From Gammaproteobacteria bacterium (lineage in GTDB: Bacteria; Pseudomonadota; Gammaproteobacteria; Natronospirales; REEB76): a stretch of DNA of 40,847 nucleotides. The stretch covers positions 1 through 40,847 of the forward strand of contig JBOIBL010000104.1 in the NCBI GenBank assembly GCA_050739495.1. The letters are read 5' to 3'. The stretch's first letter is position 1; every line of letters begins with the position of its first letter. The notes beneath the pieces are model-generated. The model had not been told where the DNA came from, did not search any database, and was given only the letters and a program-made list of their open reading frames with translations. A program made the translations under genes and the position numbers. Positions 13,862 through 19,958 of the stretch are shown in pieces.

Positions 13862-15352
13862 TTAGAAACCATAATCTAATATGAATGACCACGAATATCC
13901 ACCACTGCGGTAATCAGCCTGATTCAATACCGGCGTCTTGCTTGGACTGTAGTTCAAGCTGATGTTCACATTCATGGCAGGTGCCCAGAGACCGGATATT
14001 CCCCACTCGCTCGGCGCATACGCCGCGTATTTGACTCCGGTCGGCGCTGTATAGTCATAATGCAGCGCTTTATTGACATACACTTCAAATCCATAAGTGC
14101 GATTGTAGAAGTAGCGGATCGTATATCCTATCTTTTGCTGGCTAGAGGATGCGCCGCTCACATAGTCCTGGTTATTTTGTGCTATTGCGACACTCTGATA
14201 CCAGGAGTGGTTACCCATATCAGCTACCGACTGATGCCACGAAAGGCGCCATGCATGGCTGGTGTCGACCGTCTCATAGCCAGTAGTGTTCACCGTCGCC
14301 AGATCACCGAGGGAAGACCACTGGTAGCCGAGTCCGTTATTGAAACCGAAATTAGTGGAAGAAATTCCGGTGGGACATGCCGCAGAACAAACGAAACTTG
14401 TGTGAGTACCATTTACCTGGGAGCCCACATTATTGCCCCAGACACCGTCCAGGACCCACCACATGTCGTTGCTTTCCCTGCGGAATTTATCGCCAGTCCC
14501 CGGAATACCGTCATAGGCCAAGGCGATGTAGTTGTTATGTCCGTTACTGAAAGAACTGTCCGCATCTCCCGAGATTATCGAATACTGCGTCAGGATACTG
14601 TTCTTCCAGAAGCCATAGAAACTGTAACTGGCAGTCGAATATTCTGTGCCTAATCCACCTTGCCCGTAACCCCAAGGCCGTATCTGATCCACCGGGAATA
14701 CGAACTCGTTGATGGCATCCGGATACTCGTTACCGTAGGCCATGGCAATGAAACTATCCCCATCGCTGAGCATCCTGCTGGCGGTGAGCCGATATTCGTC
14801 GTAGGCAAACAGATTCAGGTTGGTCGGTTGACCCGGTGACTGGCCTGCCGTGGTGCTGGTATTGGCGGCTTTGATCGAGTTATTTCCCAGATAGCCAATC
14901 TCTGTCCAGACCCCAAGCCAATCTGTTACCGGACCGGTAAAGAAGAAGCAGAAGCGCGAACCGGGATTGGCCGTCACGTCCCGTTTGGTGCCGCCACCGA
15001 TACCGGGATTGGCACCCCCTGATGCGAAATCACTGATAAAACGCGCTGAAAGGAAATCATCCCAGTTCAGTGCCAGGTAGTTGCCACCGTATTCCGGGGT
15101 GTCCTGGCCCTGAGCGTTGAAACCCGTTTCACGGAACTTGCCATGTATGGAATTTGGTTGGTGAAAGCCACGCATGATGAAGAGTCGGCCGGTACGTGTG
15201 AAGTCCGGCACGTTCTCGAAACCGATATGGCAGGAATTGCAGTCGAGCCCAGTTTGACGTGCGTAGGACGGCATTGCGTTTGCCGTGCTAAACCAGCAGG
15301 CGCCGATCAACGTTAATATTACGGCACTTGCGCGAATCATGAACGTCTTCAT
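13862..15352 (-). CDS. cyc2: Cyc2-like fused monohaem cytochrome c / outer-membrane porin (copy B)
   Basis: I chose the start at Met14 of the track ORF (GGAGA 7 nt upstream). Signal peptide MKTFMIRASAVILTLIGACWFSTANA|MPSYARQTG. A single CxxCH (CNSCH, nt 15241-15227) sits at the mature N-terminus. The remaining ~440 aa are Gly/Tyr/Asn/Ser-rich and barrel-like, ending ...SWSFILDYGF. The PSYARQTG-x-x-C-x-x-CH context resembles the Cyc2 N-terminus as I remember it. Confidence 0.7.
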   Translation of the reverse strand: MKTFMIRASAVILTLIGACWFSTANAMPSYARQTGLDCNSCHIGFENVPDFTRTGRLFIMRGFHQPNSIHGKFRETGFNAQGQDTPEYGGNYLALNWDDFLSARFISDFASGGANPGIGGGTKRDVTANPGSRFCFFFTGPVTDWLGVWTEIGYLGNNSIKAANTSTTAGQSPGQPTNLNLFAYDEYRLTASRMLSDGDSFIAMAYGNEYPDAINEFVFPVDQIRPWGYGQGGLGTEYSTASYSFYGFWKNSILTQYSIISGDADSSFSNGHNNYIALAYDGIPGTGDKFRRESNDMWWVLDGVWGNNVGSQVNGTHTSFVCSAACPTGISSTNFGFNNGLGYQWSSLGDLATVNTTGYETVDTSHAWRLSWHQSVADMGNHSWYQSVAIAQNNQDYVSGASSSQQKIGYTIRYFYNRTYGFEVYVNKALHYDYTAPTGVKYAAYAPSEWGISGLWAPAMNVNISLNYSPSKTPVLNQADYRSGGYSWSFILDYGF

Positions 15353-15419
15353 GGTCGTGTCTCCGTAGAGAGGAAAATGCCCTTGACTCAAGGGTCCATT
15401 TTTCGGTGTTTGTCTGTAC

Positions 15420-15830
15420 TCACTTGCCCTGTTGCATGTCGCCTTTGAGATAGGCGATCAACGGGCGCAAATCCTGAATCATCGTGGCATCGAATGAAGG
15501 CATATCCGGATAGGTGTCGTCATAGTGCCGTTTCGCACCGGTGCGGCCATTGCGAATCACTTCCGCGATGGCGGTTTCAGGCGCATAGACGATGAACTGA
15601 TTGCCCTGCAGGGGCGGGGCTGTCGCCGGCAACTCGTGTCCCTTGGTGCCCTCTCCATGGTCACCGTGACAGGTTGCACAGCGTGCGTCGAAGATTGCCC
15701 GGCCAGCATCCTGTTCCGTCAGCGAGCTTCCGGTGGTCTGGTCTGCGGCCCGTCCCGGAGCCACAAAAATCACTACTGCGAATGCCGCTGTAGCGAGCAC
15801 GAATGATGCCAAAATCTTGGGGAGTCTCAT
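15420..15830 (-). CDS. periplasmic monohaem class I cytochrome c
   Basis: I chose the start at Met27 of the track ORF (GAGGAA 7 nt upstream). Signal peptide MRLPKILASFVLATAAFAVVIFVAPGRA|ADQ. It has one CxxCH (CATCHG) and a distal YPDMPSF. Confidence 0.85.
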   Translation of the reverse strand: MRLPKILASFVLATAAFAVVIFVAPGRAADQTTGSSLTEQDAGRAIFDARCATCHGDHGEGTKGHELPATAPPLQGNQFIVYAPETAIAEVIRNGRTGAKRHYDDTYPDMPSFDATMIQDLRPLIAYLKGDMQQGK

Positions 15831-16118
15831 GGCAATTTCCTCGGTAAGCGTGGAGTTCAAATGCCACCCGGTTAATGTAAAACCGGACACCGATCTGCGA
15901 TGTCTCATTGAGGTTAGATGATTTTAAAGTATTGTCAAGAACACGACATATTAATATAAATAATATTACATATATGCTCTGGCGTTGCAATCTCATGCAG
16001 CACAAAGGGTTTGGGCGTAGTAGAAAGGCAACAGCCGCCAATTCGGAATGATGGGAGCTGTATAAAGGCAGTCTGTATGCCAGAGCCTTGGTTTAGAGGC
16101 GTTATGGAGTGATGCTTA

Positions 16119-16571
16119 TCAGGTCTTGGTTTGAGCAGCGGCCTTGGCCTTGGCTTTCTTTATAGCGGCGGCCACTTCCGGCGGCATGTATTTTTCATCG
16201 TGCTTGGCCAGTACTTCGTCGGCCACGAACAAGCCATCCTTGTCGAGCTTGCCGTGCACCACTATGCCCTGCCCCTCCCGGAACAGATCCGGCAGGATCC
16301 CGGTATAGACGATCGGGACTGAATCCTGCATATCGGTCAACGTGAAGTGCACTGTCATGCTTCCGGGAGTACGCTGCACACTGCCTTTCGCAACCAGCCC
16401 GCCCATACGGAACAGCTGTCCGACATGAGCGTCGCCTGCGGCAACCTGATTCGGAGTGTAGTAATACAGGATGTTGCGCTGGAAGGCCCGCAGTCCAAGT
16501 GCTGTCGCAATGCTCGCCCCCACTACAATCACGATCACGATCGCGAGCCGTTTCTTCTGACGCGGTGTCAT
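16119..16571 (-). CDS. ccmE: haem chaperone CcmE
   Basis: 150 aa with an N-terminal anchor. Motifs NILYYYTPNQV...FRMGGLV...GILPDLFREGQGIVV.G...A.EVLAKHDEKYMPPEV include the haem-binding His of LAKHDE. It overlaps the ccmD stop by 4 nt. Confidence 0.95.
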   Translation of the reverse strand: MTPRQKKRLAIVIVIVVGASIATALGLRAFQRNILYYYTPNQVAAGDAHVGQLFRMGGLVAKGSVQRTPGSMTVHFTLTDMQDSVPIVYTGILPDLFREGQGIVVHGKLDKDGLFVADEVLAKHDEKYMPPEVAAAIKKAKAKAAAQTKT

Positions 16572-16738
16572 GGTTCCTGCTCCTCCCGGATGCGTTGCTT
16601 CAATTCGTTCAGCAACCGGCGTAGCCGCCTGCCCGGCAACCAGGCGTTCACGATCAGTACCACGGCAGTGATTATGTATGCGGGCCAGACATATGCAGCA
16701 TAGCCGCCCATGGTCAGGAATTCGTGCCAGGATTTCAT
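16568..16738 (-). CDS. ccmD: haem exporter protein CcmD
   Basis: These are the last 56 codons of track ORF 16568-17395: MKSWHEFLTMGGYAAYVWPAYIITAVVLIVNAWLPGRRLRRLLNELKQRIREEQEP. This matches the CcmD pattern (F..MGGYA.YVW.AY). The ATG overlaps the ccmC stop (ATGA). Confidence 0.85.
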   Translation of the reverse strand: MKSWHEFLTMGGYAAYVWPAYIITAVVLIVNAWLPGRRLRRLLNELKQRIREEQEP

Positions 16739-17463
16739 AACAATTCCCTGATCCAGGTTGTATTGCGTTCGCGGCGGATGATTTCGACCTGCAGGCGTTT
16801 CATCACGAAGGTCGCGAAGTAAAGCATGAAGGCTGCAATCATCACCAGCAAGGGTATAAGCATCCGCGTCGAGATATCGGAATGCGTGCCGACAAACACC
16901 GTCGGCCCTTGATGCAAGGTGTTCCACCATACTACCGAATAATGAATGATTGGCAGGTTTACCAGCCCGACCAGCGCCAGGATCGCACTGGCCCGATCGC
17001 CAGTGCGCTGTTCGGAAAATGCCTGATTGAGCGCCATGAATCCGAAATACAAAAACAGCAGGATCAGTTCCGAAGTCAGGCGTGCATCCCAAACCCAGTA
17101 AGTTCCCCACATCGGTTTGCCCCACAACGAACCGGTGACCAGCGCCAGGAACGCAAATGAAGCCCCAAGGGGCGCCGCCGCCGCCGCGACTGCGCTGGCC
17201 AGTTTCATGCGCCAGATCAGGCCGATGCCGGCCGCGATGGCCATGAAGGCATAACCGGACATCGACATCCATGCACTCGGTACGTGGATGTAGATGATGC
17301 GGAACCCGTCGCCTTGCTGGTAATCGGGGGGGGCCGACCACAAGCCGCCGTAAAGTCCGATGCCCAGCAGCAACAGCGTGATCCAGCCCGTCCAAGGTGC
17401 AACGTACTGCGCGAATTTATAAAAATATGGCGGTGACGCCAGCTTGTGAAACCAGGTAAACAC
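16735..17463 (-). CDS. ccmC: haem exporter / haem-handling protein CcmC
   Basis: GTG start with GGAGG 5 nt upstream. The 242-aa product contains the WGKPMWGTYWVWDARLTS Trp-rich motif and conserved His residues. Confidence 0.95.
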   Translation of the reverse strand: MFTWFHKLASPPYFYKFAQYVAPWTGWITLLLLGIGLYGGLWSAPPDYQQGDGFRIIYIHVPSAWMSMSGYAFMAIAAGIGLIWRMKLASAVAAAAAPLGASFAFLALVTGSLWGKPMWGTYWVWDARLTSELILLFLYFGFMALNQAFSEQRTGDRASAILALVGLVNLPIIHYSVVWWNTLHQGPTVFVGTHSDISTRMLIPLLVMIAAFMLYFATFVMKRLQVEIIRRERNTTWIRELL

Positions 17464-17626
17464 GAAACCTCCGGATTGGTCACCAAAATGCGATCTGCCC
17501 GCGGAGACGGAGACCCTTGTTTTTCAATTTTGAAGGTAACTGAAAAACCGGGGTATGACACAGATCAACTTCGCCGCATCCAGACCTGGAAAATCCAACG
17601 GCCAGACGGGTCCGGCGGATTATATT

Positions 17627-18301
17627 TCAGTTCTCGAGACTGACGCGTAATCCACCAGCGATAGCGAACGGCGCAAGCGTAAATGTCAGCGCCAGAATCG
17701 CGCCCAACAGATAGAGCGGTCCTGAGACATTGTCTCCTGCTACTGCCATGGCTGCCGAGCGCGCGCCGAATATCAGTACCGGCACCGCCAGCGGCAGGAT
17801 GAGCAACGGCAACAACATGCCGCTGCGTCTTAGCCCCACTGTCAGTGCCGCGCCAACGGCACCCAGCAAACTCAGGACCGGTGTGCCCAGCAACAAACCG
17901 ATCAGCAGCGTATCCATTGCAGAGGCCGGGAAGGATAACAACATGCCCATCAATGGCGCGAGTATCACCAGCGGCAGGCCGGTGATCAACCAATGGGTAA
18001 GAACCCGCACCAACGCCATGAGTTCCAGCGGCACAGGGCTTAGCACCATCAATTCCAGGCTACCGTCCTCATAATCGCTCTTGAACAGGCTTTCCAGGCC
18101 CACCAGTCCCGCGAGCAGAGCCGCCACCCAAATTACTCCCGGCGCGAGGGTGCGCAACAAGGCAGGGTCCGGATTCAGACCCAGTGGAAACAATGCCGTC
18201 ACCATGATGAAAAACATCAGTGGCGTCACCATTTCGCCGCGCCTCCGATAGGCCAGCTGCAAGTCGCGACGGACCAAGGCTGATAGTGCACCGGAGATCA
18301 T
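17627..18301 (-). CDS. ccmB: haem exporter permease CcmB
   Basis: 224 aa with 6 TM helices and typical CcmB sequence (...DLQLAYRRRGEMVTPLMFFIMV...FKSDYEDGSLE...). It overlaps the ccmA stop by 4 nt. Confidence 0.9.
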   Translation of the reverse strand: MISGALSALVRRDLQLAYRRRGEMVTPLMFFIMVTALFPLGLNPDPALLRTLAPGVIWVAALLAGLVGLESLFKSDYEDGSLELMVLSPVPLELMALVRVLTHWLITGLPLVILAPLMGMLLSFPASAMDTLLIGLLLGTPVLSLLGAVGAALTVGLRRSGMLLPLLILPLAVPVLIFGARSAAMAVAGDNVSGPLYLLGAILALTFTLAPFAIAGGLRVSLEN

Positions 18302-18933
18302 GCGTTGTTACCTAACGCGATGGTCTGCACGCTTTGATTGCCCAGATCCAATGCCTGGTGGGTCGCAAAAATCGCCATGCCCTGTATGCTGAGGTGGCTC
18401 TGGATGAGATCCGCAAGCAATTCGACCCCGGCCATATCCAGGCTGGTCAGAGGCTCGTCCAACAGCCAGAGGACGGCATTTGATAGCAATAGACGGGCCA
18501 GTGCGGTGCGGCGTTGCTGGCCCATCGACAAGGTGCCACAAGGCCGGTTGGCCATCTCGCTCACGCCGAGTTTTATCAGAGCTTCGGCAATGCTGATTGA
18601 CGGAGTTAACCCCATCATCGCCACATAAGCCGACAGGTTTTCGGTTGGGGTCAGGTTGGATTTCAGACCATTGGCATGGCCGAGATAGGCCAGCGCCCGA
18701 TGATAGGAGTCGCCAGCTTCATGCAGGGGCTGTTCATTCCAGCAGACAACGCCTGACTCAGGCTCGGCCAGCCCCGCCAGAATCCGGATCAGGGTGGTCT
18801 TGCCGGCGCCATTGGCCCCATGCAGGCGGAGCGCCTGCCCCGCTTCAGCCCGAAACGATAGCTGGTGGCAGAGATGGCGCTCACCGCGCCAGATCTCGAG
18901 TGACTTGCAGGAAATTGAGTGGGTTCCGGTCAT
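18298..18933 (-). CDS. ccmA: haem exporter ATP-binding protein CcmA
   Basis: I moved the start to Met13 of the track ORF because the longer ORF overlaps tRNA-Leu. Motifs are Walker A GANGAGKTT, the signature LSMGQQRR and Walker B LWLLDEP. The N-terminal length then matches E. coli CcmA. Confidence 0.9.
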   Translation of the reverse strand: MTGTHSISCKSLEIWRGERHLCHQLSFRAEAGQALRLHGANGAGKTTLIRILAGLAEPESGVVCWNEQPLHEAGDSYHRALAYLGHANGLKSNLTPTENLSAYVAMMGLTPSISIAEALIKLGVSEMANRPCGTLSMGQQRRTALARLLLSNAVLWLLDEPLTSLDMAGVELLADLIQSHLSIQGMAIFATHQALDLGNQSVQTIALGNNA

Positions 18934-18939
18934 GGATGG

Positions 18940-19028
18940 TGGTGCCCGGGGCCGGACTCGAACCGGCACGGCCGTTGCCGGCCAACGGATTTTAAGTCCG
19001 TTGCGTCTACCAGTTTCGCCACCCGGGC
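18940..19028 (-). tRNA. tRNA-Leu (anticodon UAA), type II with a long variable arm, CCA encoded
   Basis: The reverse complement is GCCCGGGTGGCGAAACTGGTAGACGCAACGGACTTAAAATCCGTTGGCCGGCAACGGCCGTGCCGGTTCGAGTCCGGCCCCGGGCACCA. It has a 7-bp acceptor stem, anticodon loop CT-TAA-AA and a GTTCGAGTC T-loop. Confidence 0.95.
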
Positions 19029-19047
19029 CTGCTCAGGAGACCAGAAA

Positions 19048-19121
19048 TGGAGGCTAGGGTCGGAATCGAACCGGCGTACACGGCTTTGCAGGCCGCTGCA
19101 TGACCACTCTGCCACCTAGCC
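19048..19121 (-). tRNA. tRNA-Cys (anticodon GCA), CCA encoded
   Basis: The reverse complement is GGCTAGGTGGCAGAGTGGTCATGCAGCGGCCTGCAAAGCCGTGTACGCCGGTTCGATTCCGACCCTAGCCTCCA. It has anticodon loop CT-GCA-AA and a complementary acceptor stem. Confidence 0.95.
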
Positions 19122-19206
19122 TCACCCAAAACATTGAAAGACCGCGAAATTTACCACATTGAGGTGGTGAATTTCAGGCTCCGGCCGGCAAACCGGCCGG
19201 GTAAAT

Positions 19207-19231
19207 AAAAAACCCCGGTTCAGCACCGAGG
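19207..19231 (-). terminator. possible weak terminator hairpin after tRNA-Gly
   Basis: The minus strand reads CCTCGG-tgctgaa-CCGGGG followed by TTTTTT. The stem is 6 bp and includes one G-U pair. Confidence 0.3.
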
Positions 19232-19240
19232 TTTTATATC

Positions 19241-19316
19241 TGGAGCGGGAAACGAGGCTCGAACTCGCGACCTCAACCTTGGCAAGGTTGCGCTCTACCA
19301 ACTGAGCTATTCCCGC
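19241..19316 (-). tRNA. tRNA-Gly (anticodon GCC), CCA encoded
   Basis: The reverse complement is GCGGGAATAGCTCAGTTGGTAGAGCGCAACCTTGCCAAGGTTGAGGTCGCGAGTTCGAGCCTCGTTTCCCGCTCCA. It is nearly identical to enterobacterial glyW as I remember it. Confidence 0.95.
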
Positions 19317-19381
19317 TTCGAAGGGGCGATATTGTAGGGCCGAACCGTTTTCTGTCAAGGCGCTACTGCATCCGGGTGCAT

Positions 19382-19942
19382 TCAGCGCTGCCGGGACAGC
19401 TCCGGCCAGGCGGCCATCAGGTACAGGACCATGCTCCACAGCGTCAGCACCGCCGCCACATATAACAGCCACAGGCCGATCGTATAGATAGGCAGGCCAT
19501 AGGCATCGTAGCGGTAAAGCATCAAGCCGGCCGCCAGCATCTGTGCCGCCGTCTTGAATTTGCCGAGCCAGGATACTGCCACGTTCTTTCGCACGCCGAG
19601 CGTGGACATCCATTCGCGCAAGGCCGAGATGGTGATTTCCCGGCCGATGATGACGATGACGGCCACCGCCAGCAACCAGTTATGGTCGGCCCAAACAAGC
19701 AGCACGAGTGCGGTGGTCACCATCACCTTGTCCGCGACCGGATCGAGAAAGGCTCCGAACGCCGAAGTCTGTTTCAGCCTGCGCGCGTAGTAACCGTCCA
19801 GCCAATCCGTGACGCCGGCCAACGCATAGATGCCTGCCGAAAGTGGATACATCCAGTCAAACGGCAGGAAAAACACCACGACAAGTACCGGAATCAGCAC
19901 GATACGCAGCAGCGTCAGAATGTTGGGAAGATTGAAATTCAT
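19382..19942 (-). CDS. pgsA: CDP-diacylglycerol--glycerol-3-phosphate 3-phosphatidyltransferase
   Basis: I moved the start to Met77 of the track ORF (MNFNLPNILTLLRIVLIPVLVVVFF...). It has the CDP-alcohol phosphotransferase motif DWLDGYYARRL...GAFLDPVADKV. Its position between uvrC and tRNA-Gly matches E. coli and Pseudomonas. Confidence 0.9.
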   Translation of the reverse strand: MNFNLPNILTLLRIVLIPVLVVVFFLPFDWMYPLSAGIYALAGVTDWLDGYYARRLKQTSAFGAFLDPVADKVMVTTALVLLVWADHNWLLAVAVIVIIGREITISALREWMSTLGVRKNVAVSWLGKFKTAAQMLAAGLMLYRYDAYGLPIYTIGLWLLYVAAVLTLWSMVLYLMAAWPELSRQR

Positions 19943-19958
19943 GTCGGGTTTCTGGATA

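Noticed and set aside
15947-15976. Reading the AT-rich CATATTAATATAAATAATATTACATATATG stretch as a Fur box
   Set aside because: It has NATWAT-like hexamers, but I could not align it convincingly to the 19-bp GATAATGATAATCATTATC consensus. Any AT-rich DNA gives partial matches. I keep it only as an unexplained palindrome.
840-16118. Calling the ccmE-ccmF insert a mobile element or classical genomic island
   Set aside because: In any frame I inspected there is no integrase, transposase, recombinase, phage or conjugation gene. I saw no terminal inverted or direct repeats by eye, and the block is not inserted at a tRNA. I report it as an interrupting gene block, not a mobile_element feature.
16739-17395. 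The upstream 219 codons of the 275-aa ORF 16568-17395
   Set aside because: This part overlaps ccmC out of frame and translates to Arg/Pro/Gly-rich sequence with no recognisable features. Only the last 56 codons, from the ATG at 16738, match CcmD, and that start overlaps the ccmC stop as expected.
18934-18969. An N-terminal extension of ccmA (track ORF up to 18969)
   Set aside because: It would be translated through the tRNA-Leu gene (18940-19028). Met13 gives an N-terminus of the normal CcmA length.
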